A stretch of DNA of 64,000 nucleotides from Octopus sinensis (taxonomy: Eukaryota), in NCBI RefSeq assembly GCF_006345805.1, contig NC_043014.1:27528001-27592000 (forward strand). Reading direction: 5' to 3'. A model generated the notes under the pieces. It saw nothing but the letters and a program-made list of their open reading frames with translations, was not told the origin of the DNA and did not search any database. Every line of letters starts with the position of its first letter. Within the stretch, counting starts at the first letter, position 1. This document shows positions 37,483-49,541 of the stretch, in pieces. Made by a program: the position numbers and the translations under genes.

Positions 37483-40395
37483 CATCATCATCATTATCAT
37501 TTAACATTCGTTTGGACAGTTTTACAGGAGCTGGCAAGTCAAAGGCCTGCACCAGGCTCTAATTGTTTGTTTTGGTATGGTTTCTACAGCTGGCTGCCCT
37601 TCCTAATACCAGCCATTTTATAGAGTGTACTAGGTGCTTTTTTACATGGCACCAGGACTGGTGCTTTTTATGTGGCACCAGCATAGAGATCAGCACACTA
37701 TGCGGGTGTCCTCATCCATACACATTACATGACCATACCAGTGCAGACTTCTCTCTTGCACACTACATCTGATGCCTCTCATATCCAATTTTTCTTTTAA
37801 ATCATTTACACTTTGTTTTACATGCACACTGACATTACCCATCCAGCAGAGCATGCTGGTTTCATTTCTTCCAAGATTTCATATGTCTTCTGTAGTCACA
37901 GCACGTTTCACTGTTATATAGCATAACTGTATGTATACAGGCATCATACAATCTGCCTTTCACTCTGAGGAAGAGGTTCTTTGTTACCAATAAAGGTAAT
38001 AGTTTTCTGAACTTTGCCCAGCCTGTTTTTATTCTAGCAACTTCCTCCTCCATTGCTAACTTGGTTGCCGAAGTAATGGAAGCTATCTACTACTTCTAAG
38101 TATCCCCTCAGACATTTGGAGGAAGTTTATTCTATGTGCATGCCTAGTGTTTATTGTACCCACATATTTTCCACACAAAAACTACTTTCTCTGATAACTG
38201 TCCTGTGATACCACTGCACCTCTTTTGTGTCCATAGCTTGCACTGGGTACACTGTATGGAGTTTCTACAAACACCTTTTCTACATATCAAGCAGGCCCAT
38301 CTCCCCGAAGGGACTTGTGCTTTGTCTGTTTTCCTACTTGCTTGGACTTTTGTTTTTGCTAAATTGACTCTAATGCCCTTTGATTCAAGACCTTGATTCC
38401 ACACCTGAAATTTTTTCTCTACTTCAGACAGCAATTCAGCCATAAGAACAAGTCATCAGCATAGAAGAGCTCCCAAGGACAGCCAGTCTTAAATTCCTTT
38501 GTTATGCCCTAGAGGATTATAATAAACAAGAGGGGACTGAGAACTAATCCTTAGTGAACTCCAACTTTTACACTAAATTCTTTCTTATACTCATTGCCAA
38601 CCCTCACCTTACTGACAGCATCCTTGTACATGGCTTGAACAGCTCTCACCAACCACTCATCTCTTCCTAGCTTCTGCATTGACCACCAGGCGAGGGAGCA
38701 GAAGATCCTGTCAAAAGCTTACTCCATGTCAGCAAAAGCCAAGTACAGGGGCTTATTTTTGGCTAAATGCTTCTCCTGCAGTTACTTCACCAGGAAGATA
38801 GCATCAATACTGCTTCTCCCAAGCACAAAACCAAAGTGTATTTCATCTAGGCTAATTCTCTTCCTAATTAGTTGATCTATGACCCTCTCTGTAACTTTCA
38901 TCAGCTGGTCAAACAATATACCTCTGTAATTATTTATGTCTAAGGCATCACTTTTATCTTTGTAGTAATTGACTATAATGCTGCCACACCAGTTGTTGGG
39001 TATGACTCCCTCATGGACAACCTAATTAACTATATGGGTGACTGACTAGACCATATCCCATTCTGCCAGATATTTGAAGCATCACAGCAGTGATTCCTAA
39101 GAGCCAGGGGCTTTCTTTGTCTTCATATCCTTAATTGCTTTATCTACTAGGCAACTTTTGATTAGGATAGCTGGTCCCTCTGTTGGATCCACATTAGGCA
39201 GACTCTCCTTTCATGTATTCTCAATATTTAGCAGCTTTTCATTGTGGCATTTCCAAGCCTCTTTCTTTGCAGAATTGCTAACTGCAAGTGAACCATCATC
39301 CATACTAACACATTTCTCTTCTATAGCATCACAATTTTCTCTCATACTGCAGAACATTAGCAAACTCTTCCTTTCTGCTTCTTGCTTAGCTAAATATACC
39401 TGTCTCCTAACTTCCCTTCAAGCTACTTGATATAATTCTCTGCTGTTACCACTCTTTCCAGGCCTGTTTCTTCATTCTCATGGCCCTGTCTACTTCCGTG
39501 TTCCTCCACTATGTCACCTCAGGATTGGAGACAACTTTGCACAAGCCACCAATTTGGTCAGTGGCCATCATTAAGTTGTCCTGTAGGAACCTCCAGTTGT
39601 TCTCTATATTATATGTTACTATCTCTTCCTTTTTCTTGTCAAATGCTTCAGTTAGAACCTCTCAAAATCTCTGACTATTCAGAAGATTCTTAAGCTTCCA
39701 GACCTTTCTTTTCCAGACTGGTTGTCTTGGCATCTTTCTAGATCTGTGTCTGAAGTCATCAGTGACTAGCCTATGTTAAGGGGTGCACTCTTCACCTGGG
39801 AAGATCTTCGTATTTATAAGCAACCATATTTCCCATTTTCTGTCAAGAATGTAGTCAATCTGGCTTATGTGGTCACAAGATTAATAAGTGGAAAGGTTTA
39901 CTGGCTGGTTTCCTGAAATTATTATTGCAGTTCACAAGGTCATTTGCATCACAGAACTCCTGCAGCCTAGTTCCCTCCTCATTGCAGGAACCAATTCTAT
40001 AGCTTCCATACACCCCATGGAAGCCACTCAGATGCTGCCCAGCATGCCCATTGAGGTCACCAGCCACAAAGAGGTCACTGTCATTCGTCAAAATGGTAGT
40101 TTGCAAAAAGGTGTCATAAAATTGAGCCTTCTGTTTGTATGGTATCCCAGTTGAGGAGTGTAGGCAGAAACAGTTGCTGTTAACCCATTTCTCAACAAGA
40201 AGTATGCCCACATCACCAACATCATCATTGCCTACCCAGAAGATTTTATGTCTATGTTCTTTGCCTCTGAGAAACCTGGTAGAAGCCCCACTTCTACACA
40301 CCTTCATTTCAGCATCTCAACAATTTCACCAAAGGTGTGCCAACTCTAAGGATGAGGAAGAGGTTGCAAGGGGGGACACAGGGACAGGGGCCATC
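37483..40395 (-). mobile_element. RTE LINE, longest copy (APE endonuclease, RT, PHD-like finger, 3' tail), inactivated
   Basis: Minus-strand pieces: APE (HKIFWVGN...GILLVEKWV; VAGDLNGH; CNEEGTRLQEFCDANDLV), RT, LESKGIRVNLAKTK, WAKFRKLLPLL, and a 3' tail ending in (GAT)n. Many stops and deletions. Confidence 0.88.
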
Positions 40396-41815
40396 ATATA
40401 TATATCAATCCAAATACATTGTAGCTTGAAATAACCACCATAACTCCCTCAAATTACATCCTACCATCATTCAAAAATAATAATAAGAGAGATAATGTGA
40501 TAAGCACCTACTTTTGCCACTGTTACCAGTAACAACTGTGTAAACAAAGAAAAACATGCTTATGCTTTTTCTTTTTTTCAAAATATCTGATAAAAGTAGC
40601 AAAAAGAACAGTTGACATGATGCCACCAAAACCTGTTAAGAAGTCAGAAATTCACATTTGTATCGACAAGCCACCAGACTACAAACATTAACTTCTCTCA
40701 TAGATGTGAAATAATGTTCTGCAGTTCATTTATTTTGTAAATCGAAATCCCCTTTCTAACCTTATAGTAAAGAAAGCCTTTCTTAGACAGATGAAATCCG
40801 TAATTATCTGATTGTCTACTGAACCAATTAATATCGATTTCAAATTTTGGTACAACACCAGCAATTTTAGAGGAGGGAATAAGTCAATTAGATCAACCCC
40901 ATGAGGCAAGAGCGATGGTCAGCCGGGTTACATAGGCTTTTTGAACATTTTGTAACATGTTGAAGAGGAAGTTCATTGCCTCCTCTAAAATTGCTAACTA
41001 TTGTATTGATTGTAAATTTTGAACAATGTTTTAGAGAAGCGAAAGTCGGCGGGTGCTTTTCTCTTCTCCTATCACCATCATCCATTAATGTTTTTGTCCA
41101 GCCCGCAGCTACTCTTTGTGCTGCCCTAGTGGCAAATTTTTGAAATAAAGTAGCTTCTTAAACACACAACCATACCTGACTCTGGAATATAAAACAAAAA
41201 CTAGTGTGCAGATATAGTAACCTTGTGAGCGGATTTGGCAGATAGAGTCTGAAAGAAGCCCGTCATATATATATATAGGAGAACATTTTTTTTATAAACA
41301 GACTTAGAAGCATCAAGTGGGTTGGCATTTTAAAGAAATTTAATTTATTTTCTGTGTGTGTGTGGGGGTATATGTGTCTCCTTATCTTGACATTCATCAT
41401 CATCATCATTGTTTAACGTCCGTTTTCCGCGCTAGCACGGGTTGAAGGTAGTAAATGAGCATCATCATTATACAAGCGCTATTGTTAGTTTCCAGCCTTC
41501 CATGAAAAGCATGTCTGGCCACGAGAAGTCTTACCTTTCTTGGAGAGAGGTGAAGATTGGCTTGGCTGTAGAAAACTTACCTCAACAAATTCCATATGAC
41601 CCATGCAAGCACAGAAAAGCAGATGTTAAACGATGACGGTGGAGTAAATGAAACAAGAAATAATGAGATGATGAGAGCAGTTGACTGGCAGACAGAAAGC
41701 CTTGTGGCTTTTAGATTATGATTTCAAATGCTGTTGTGTTAGGTTCCTAGGGTCAATAGGAAAAAGTACCAGAAAAAAAGGTGGTGAGAAACAAAGTTTA
41801 CAATGTCCTAATGCA

Positions 41816-41945
41816 GTGTTTCTCATTAGGGGTGTTGTCCCTCCCCTGAGTGGACCGACAAGATTTGAAACTAGGTGTGACAAATTATCACTTTTAACAA
41901 AATTAAGATGATTTTAAACTTTTAAAACTTGTCCTAACAAAGAAA
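41816..41945 (+). mobile_element. hAT/Charlie-like MITE fragment
   Basis: Begins CAGTGTTTCTC and shares AAATTAAG(A)TGATTTTAAACTT..GTCC with a second copy at about 22639-22770 that begins CAGTGTTTTTC. Confidence 0.35.
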
Positions 41946-42761
41946 GAAGAGTGATATGGATCAAAACTCTATTTTGTTTTCTTGTTAATAAGGAGAAGAA
42001 AGTGATAGTAAATTTCCTTAATAATTTGGTAGAGGGTGGGATTCTGGTATTTCTCTGTTTGAGAACTACCATACAGATGCATTCCTGGTTTCTGTGGGAT
42101 GGGTGTCGTTATTTTGAAAGCCAGAGAAGAGAATGTTTAAAAAATTGAAATTTTGGAAAAAGACTTTTCTTCAGAATCATAATTATTATTGTTTTTTATA
42201 ATAGGTCTGATTTTTCTAATACGTTGAACGGGCATATGCCCATGCCTAAATAAAATGAACAAGTTTTAAAACTTCTGGGAAAGGTGATTTTAAAAAACTT
42301 CAATTTTTAAAAAAGAATTTCTTTCCATAATTATAATATCTGTAACATAAAACGAGTAACTAAAAATCCGTTTGAGAATCTCTGTTTTGGAAAATTGTAT
42401 TTCTGTTTTTGAAAACGTTGAGATCCAAAGAAATTCTTTGAAAAAATTATCTAGCAGTGCTGTAACTTTCCGACACGCTCGCCTAACCGACCTCACCGTC
42501 CCTCAAAATTTGTTTACTTGGGGAATTTGTGCGTGTCTTAACAGCTGTATGAGTGGGTGATGATTTTAAACATTATTTTAACCAGTTTAATATTTTATAT
42601 ATCCTTTGAATGTGAAAAATATCATTTAAATTATTATCATTTTTTATTTTAATAAGTAAAAAACATTAATGTTTTAGTTAGAAATGAGAGAAGTCGAAGC
42701 TGCGGCTAATCGTCAAACAATAACTTTACATCGGAGAAGGATTTACGCTCAAATCAAGAAG

Positions 42762-42894
42762 ATGGCTCCTGTTCAGCAAGGTTCCCTGGAAGTGCAACTT
42801 GCACAAGGACTTGCAGGCAATGAACCAGGGTCTCGAGATAAAACCTTTGCGACTCTACGTAAATTCGTCCGTTTGCAATTGCCACATTTGAAAG
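42762..42894 (+). CDS. RRP1: RRP1/RRP1B-like (Nop52 domain) exon 1
   Basis: aagATGG start; MAPVQQGSLEVQLAQGLAGNEPGSRDKTFATLRKFV resembles the RRP1 N-terminus (E.Q.AQ.LA.NE...RD.....LR). Donor AAAG|GTGAGT, phase 1. Confidence 0.92.
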
Positions 42895-42958
42895 GTGAGT
42901 GAAAATTTCGAATATTAAGTGCTTACTTTCTAATTTCTGTTTTGGCTGTTTAGTTAGA

Positions 42959-43139
42959 CACGTGCTCTAGCTGCCAACTTTGTTCATTAAGAAAAAGTTG
43001 AATTATTTTTTACTTTTCTTATTTTATTTCATTTAATCATGTAGTTTTACGGAATTGAAGATTGCCGATCTGCTTAGATATAAATTAATTATAAACAAAA
43101 TCATTTTCTTTTTTCTTTTAGCCCGCAGGTCGACACGTG
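42959..43139. promoter_or_regulatory. Candidate Myc/Max-type E-box pair in RRP1 intron 1
   Basis: CACGTG at 42959-42964 and 43134-43139, both in the context GACACGTGC, within 250 bp of exon 1. Confidence 0.4.
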
Positions 43140-43639
43140 CAAACCGATGATCAGATGCGTGTGTGTCGTTGCTATGTTTTTCCAGATTACATTAACTATT
43201 GTTCTTTTTCTGTTTTAAAACAATATTGTGTATTTTGAGAACAATTTACTTGCTGTTTTTAGCATGTCGAACGACCATTTCCTGGGTTGGTCGCTTTGTT
43301 TTTGATACTCCAGAACAATATACGTTATAAAACGTATATTGTTGAAAACACTAACTAAACTTAGTCATGAACTTAGAAAGCCAAAGTTTAGTATATCGAC
43401 ACTGCTTATAATCACAATCCATACACACTTTTTTATGTTTCCAGACTTTGTTGTTACGCTTTACATCGCGTATTTTTCGGTAGATGGAAAGGTACATTAT
43501 TTACATCTGATGGATATTTGTCCTCATCTTGTTTGTTGTTAACAATAATTTTCGAAATTATTATTATTACTGAAGTCTGGAATCGAACTCGGAATCTTGG
43601 AGTTAGTATCCCACGCTGTTAATTAAACACTACTGGTTC

Positions 43640-44335
43640 CTATATGCTATTCATATCTCTTCATCCCACAGGAGGAGGGGGTCTCCATTTTTCCATACAT
43701 GATCAGCTACACCCGATTTATCAATATCTCCTCGTGTCACAGCTTTGCGATGTTATTTTGAGGGGGCGGCATGTTTCGCCTTTGTATATCCTACCACAGC
43801 TGCATGGGATGGAGTACACGCAGTCTTTGGTCATATTCTCTTCTATTGGGGGTTTTACTCAAAGGAGATATTTGCGAAGTATTGTATTACTCTTGAATAC
43901 CGTCCTGATGTCATATGGATATCTTCCTGGTGGGGCCAGAGTATGACGGTGTCATCAACATATCGCAGCCATAGGGTTGGTTTTAGTGGTGTTGATCCCA
44001 AAGCCAAATTCTCAAAGTATTTCATGTATATATTGGCTATTATTGGTGATAATGGCGAACCCATAGCTAAACCTTCTCCTTGTCGATATATATCAGTGTC
44101 CATACTGAAGTAGGTAGTTTCTATACAGAAGATCAACATTTCCATCAGGTTTCTTATTGGTATACTAGTGTGTTCTTTTAGATGGGACTTTGGTGAACAG
44201 ACTCACCATCTAGTTGGATTCAATGGGGGCATCCTTGATCAATTCTGTGAAGTGGGTGAAATTCTTCACGTACGATGTTGACTTTCCTGCTAATGGACTG
44301 GTTATATCCACAAGGAAGCGGCTCAGTGGATGACA
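43640..44335 (-). mobile_element. Penelope-like retroelement fragment (RT plus GIY-YIG remnant)
   Basis: TTYFS...YRQGEGLAMGSPLSPIIANIYM..FE...WLRYVDDT is the PLE RT signature; DKSGVADHVWK near 43700 resembles the PLE GIY-YIG C-terminus. Confidence 0.88.
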
Positions 44336-45049
44336 TAATTCCTCATCTCTTAAATATAGAACTGTATTTGGAAAGGGTTTTAAAATAATCATTTTTAACA
44401 TTGACACGTGGACACAATTAGTCTTTTATGGGGTGGGGGATGCTCAGTTAGGTCAACTTCATTACTTGGATTGTATTTGAATCTATACCAAAAGGATTGA
44501 AGTTGATTCTGGAATATGAACTCAGGATGCACAAGGACTTAATTAAATACCATAACATTTAATTACAGCTTTAGGCTGTAATATTTGCAATTGCTGTTAA
44601 TCTTGGATCAGCTGTGACCATCCTGCCTCTATTCCAGAAAGTCTATTTCTTATTGGTCTTGGGACCATGTAGAGATACCCTTGTGCCGAATAATAATGGT
44701 AGTAAGTACGGAACAAAATGCATCTTTTCTAAATAGTTGTGTGATCACTCTTTAAAATCAAGTCATGGTTATGAATAATGTTAAATTCTCAAATAGGACA
44801 AATTTATGAACTAGAAATTTTTTTATTTCCAACTTCACACCTTAATTGAGCCCAACATGGATATCCACCCTATTACTATCAAAAACATTTACCATTGTAT
44901 TTCTGTCATCTCCAAATCTTTTCTTCACCCTCAGTTTTCAGAGTAAGTTCTCTACTATGTTGTGAAGCTACTATTCATATACATCATGCCAATTTGTTCA
45001 CTAAAGTTGGCCCTGAAAATCATTCTGAAGCTGGATGTAAGGAATGCTT

Positions 45050-45300
45050 TTATTCTATCTGATGTTAGGTCCTTTTAGGCAATATGGTCAACAGATTTCA
45101 TACCAATTTGTATATGATTCATATTTCTGTTCATCTGACCATTATCATGGCAATTATAAAAGTTCGATCAAATGTGTTGTACAGCAAGGAGATCCTTTGA
45201 GGTCCATTCGCTTTTTCACTTTCAATCAATGACATGGCAAAATCTGTGGGCAGAGAACTCAACATGCAGTACCTTGCTAACATGAACTTATGTAAACATC
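45050..45300 (+). mobile_element. CRE-like non-LTR retroelement RT fragment
   Basis: VQQGDPL followed, after a frameshift, by FSLSINDMAKSVGRELNMQYLAN, resembling GVQQGDPLGPLLFSL...SELN.WYLDD. Confidence 0.45.
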
Positions 45301-46020
45301 CTTTGCAGTGGATGACACGTTTTCTTATGATACTTGACCATGAACTTAATGAATAAAAGTGAGCTTCACCTTTTCAATCACATTAACAGAAACAGTATAT
45401 TCTGTAACATCATGTCTCTTCACATCCCAGAAAGTTTGAACTGGTTTTTGCTGGTTGTCCTTATCCTTCCTTCACACTTTATCTCTTTTAATCAACTACA
45501 AAACATCTGTACCATGCATGACCAACAATTTTATACACCCCAGCCATTAAACCTGGCTACTCTGGTTAATGACTTCTTGTCTTCCAGAAAAATGAGTCCT
45601 CATCCCCAGGCAGAGTGTGTACAGTCAGCAGGGTTTTACACACAAGTCCATTAATGAGGAAAACTAGAAATTGTGGAATGATGATGTTAGTTTAGAGGAA
45701 AGCTATTGTCATTGATGCTGATAATACAAAAAGTTGAATATTCACAAATAGATGTCCAGAAGTTTGGTCAATTTGTAAGAGGCTTTTATTACATTTAAAT
45801 GGTTGGTTTTCTTTTCATTGGTACAGAATACATTTAATTATTAAAATTATGTAGTTTGACCCATTAAGAAGTGATATGTAATGTCAAAAATATTGGAAAC
45901 TCTAACACAACTATTTCACTTGTTTGCAGCCCAACAATAAAACTGTTTTACATGTATTCTAGATGCTTTCTACCATAATTTATACTTCAAGTAATGACAT
46001 TTTTCTTTCCCAATTTCTAG

Positions 46021-46103
46021 AACCTTTAACGCAAGATGATTTTACAAAGATATGGAAAGGAATTCATTACCGTTTGTGGATGCAAGACAAACCTCTTATA
46101 CAA
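46021..46103 (+). CDS. RRP1: RRP1-like exon 2
   Basis: Acceptor tttctag|AA, donor CAA|GTAAGT. KIWKGIHYRLWMQDKPLIQ corresponds to the Nop52 signature WKGLFYCMWMQDKPLLQ. Confidence 0.95.
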
Positions 46104-47013
46104 GTAAGTAAAACACTACACTTATATACATTTAGTGGATCTAATTTTAGATTGAGATTCAGTTGAAGAAATTTAGAGTTACTGTCTCCACTGGTGATAA
46201 AACATTAAAAACTTACATTATATTATACCAATCATCATCATTGTTGTTAATTTACTTCATTGATGTAATAAAGTGGATCTACCACAATTCAAGAAAATGA
46301 GCACAGGTCAATTGAAAGAGTAATTAGAAAATAAAGGTACAGACAGGTACATGCTGAAGGGGTAAGTGTGCTAGAATATTTAGTCATCATTTAACATCTC
46401 TGTATATTTTTTCCCCCCTGCTGGTAGAAGTTGGACAGTTCATCTCTAACACTGCCTCATCATTTCTCCTTGGGGTTTCTTTACTCAGCTCTGTTATCCT
46501 TTATGCATGTTTCATGTTCAGCTTTCTCACACACTACAAGTGATTCCTGTTGGGCTGGGATTTTTTTCCCCCCTTACTTCACTTGTGCTCCTTCATTCAT
46601 GCATACTGGTATTATGTGTCCACTACTGCATACTTCTTTAATTTTTGTTGCCATTCTTTGCACTCAATGCTCATGTTTCACTACGATTCAATATCACACT
46701 TGATTTGAATGGCTGTTGCATTTAGGTGAAAAATTGCAGTGAATTAGAAAAAGGTACACAAAGTAGATTTGGTACTAGTTAAGTCTTTAATACACTGAAT
46801 GCAGACAATCTTCAGTAACCCCGCCACACTCATACACACACACTCTCATAATTTAGTTTATTTCTGGTATCCTTGAAAAGAGCTTACAAAATATAGGAAT
46901 TCCAAATAGTCAAATGTTTTAAACTTTTTTAACAGAAAATTGCTTTTGTTGCATATTTTGTTTGATTATCATAGAAAGTAATTGATTTTTTTTTTTGTTT
47001 AAATGTTTTTTAG

Positions 47014-47157
47014 GAAAAACTTGTCAACGAAGTCTGTGAACTGCTTCCTCACTTTCCAACTGAAGAATATGCAATGATGTACATAAAAGCTTTCTTTGAG
47101 ACAGAAGCTCGTGAGTGGAATGGAATAGACCAACAGAGACTGGATAAATTCATGATG
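47014..47157 (+). CDS. RRP1: RRP1-like exon 3
   Basis: Acceptor ttttttag|GAA, donor ATG|GTTCGT, 144 nt, phase 0/0. REWNGIDQQRLDKFMM corresponds to the Nop52 motif REW.GID..RLDK. Confidence 0.95.
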
Positions 47158-48106
47158 GTTCGTACCAATTTCTGTAAAAATTTTAGAATCATTTTGATGC
47201 TGGGTGAAGGCATTTACTTCACAACCACATGGTTTTAAACAATTATCTTTTACCACAACCTTGTGGAGTGAAGTTTGGTAGACAGAAATATGGAAGCTGC
47301 GTAAGACCATTAGGTAAATGTATGTATGTGTGTATGCATTTGTGCATATGTATGAATAGGAAACTGAAATTGCATTGCGCAAAAAGTATTTTGTATTTTG
47401 GTTACCTTCTTTCATGTCCAGGCTTACTCCACCTGTTGTCCCTTGCGAGGGTATAAGACAAAGTACCTGTATCAACAATTGACTAAAATCTTTCAAATTT
47501 ATGCTCCAGTATGGCTTTGGTCCAATCACTAAAAGGTGTCAAAGAATAAATAAAAGAGCTGGAGTCTATTTATCATTGGCAAATAAATCAAGGACTTTGT
47601 GCAAACAGCTCTCAATCTTGAAGGGATTTTTAAGTCTTTTTAATTCATAAGTATGGCTCCATAAAAATGCATTATGAAATGTTCTAGATGTATCTGACTG
47701 GAGTGTGACAGTAAAAGATAGCATACTAAACTAGAAATTCTGTCCCTTCCCCACATCTAAATTAAGACTGGTACTTATTCTATCTGTCTGTAAACAAACC
47801 AATACAGTTTCCATCTACCAGATTCATTCACAAGGCATTGGTTGACATAGGGCTATAGTAGAAGACACTTGTCCAAGGTGTCATACAGTGGGACTGGCCC
47901 GAGACCATGTGGTTGCCAAGTGTGTTTCTTAACTGCACAACCATGCCTGTGCCTATGTTGACAGTATTAAGTACCAGCTGTGTACTGCAGTTGGTTGATT
48001 CAGGTAGATGGAAACTGTATTGGTCTGTTCAAAATAATGTATAAATTTATGAAGCTGCTATTTACTTGTTATAATGTAGTTTTACAATTTGCATATACTT
48101 TAGCAC

Positions 48107-48108
<2 letters not shown>

Positions 48109-48166
<58 letters not shown>
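48109..48166. repeat. (TA)n microsatellite
   Basis: Uninterrupted TA run. Others near 13367, 32140, 33735 and 63222. Confidence 0.95.
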
Positions 48167-48169
<3 letters not shown>

Positions 48170-49346
48170 AATGTAAAACTGAGAGTCTGCTTTACTTTAT
48201 AAATTTGTTAATGATTTTAGCACTTAATAAGCAGAGAAGATTTATTAGAAATGTAAATTGTGATATATGTTGATTTAAGGTTTTCATTTAAAAAGGTTTT
48301 AAAAGTATACTGGGAAAACTTCTTCACTCATCTAATAGAATTTATATGTTTCACTGTTTGTTCTAGGAATTGGATATTTTGAATATATACATTTGCATAA
48401 ATTATGTGCATTGTGAATTAACAAGTTGATAATGTTGTTTTTAAAATAATTATTTAAGGGATATTGTGGATTGACAGGAACTGTTAATCTTAAATTGAAT
48501 GACTTGCTGCGTTTATCTAATCCATTTGTGCTCTGAGTTCAATTCCTGCCAAGGTTCACTTTGCTCTCTTATAAATCAGTTACCTCTTTGAAACTTATTT
48601 ACAAATGCTTGAAGTGTTGAGATAGCTAATTCTCTATAATCAAATTGTCATTGATTCATTTATGACATACTGTCACAGACAGACAATACATGTAGCAGAG
48701 ATAACTGCTTGGAGGAGCTTAACTAATGTAGTATGGATTTGACTTGTACTTTGTTTACATTCATAAACAGCATGAAATTGAAACACTCAAGGCACTATAA
48801 CTACCATTCATTATATATTAATGTAGTACTCTGCCTTTATCTGAGACTGTACTAATGCAACACACATAAGCATCTTGGATGACTCTCCAATAATATGACT
48901 TTATTAATTTGGCCTGGCTGTGGAGAAATTAACAGATGTTATTAAACAGAAATAAGATGCAAGCAAATGCCAAAAGTTGATCTTTAGTTGACTGTGCTGC
49001 TGTTTTCTGTGCAATTTGTGTAAGCAGTAAATAGTTAGACATATGGCATTTATTTTTTGAATGTTCAAGTTGTACTTTGCTATAATATTTCAGTACATAA
49101 CTATTTTTCAATTCATCAACTACTCTTGCAGACTTTCTATTTTGACAATTTGTTATTATTATACTGTTTTGAGTTCTTTGATGATGGAACAATCAAAACT
49201 GTTTGAAACACTGGGATTTATCAAGTAAAAGAGACTAAATTGTTTTTAAAATGTTAACCATGTGAACTATGTAATAAAAATAATATGTTGATCTCTAACA
49301 TTTAGCTGATGTCTTTTAAATATAAATTTTTGTATCTCTTTTCTAG

Positions 49347-49541
49347 CTTATCCGAGAGTTTGTAAATTCAACATTTGTGTTTCTGTCCAAGTCCGACTGG
49401 AAATTCGATCTCATAAAGCAATTGAATGTTATCATGGAAGAGAGTGTATTCAATGTAGGAAAGGCTATGCAACCTACCAGTCTACAGTTGCATCTAATTG
49501 ATGTTTACTTTTTAGAGTTGAGGAAAGTTGTCAACGAACAG
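49347..49541 (+). CDS. RRP1: RRP1-like exon 4
   Basis: Acceptor ttttctag|CTT, donor CAG|GTTGGT, 195 nt, phase 0/0. LIREFV...LQLHLIDVYFLELRKV resembles Nop52 H.ID.YL.EL.KV. Confidence 0.9.

Noticed and set aside
41119-41133. CTCF-like site TGCTGCCCTAGTGGC in a small CpG cluster
   Set aside because: Two bases shorter than the consensus spacing; a single partial match cannot be supported without data.
43575-43620. tRNA gene (reverse strand, GTTCGATTCC T-loop)
   Set aside because: Only a partial arm set with no acceptor stem; it is a SINE-type head. The same applies to 3103 and 4305.
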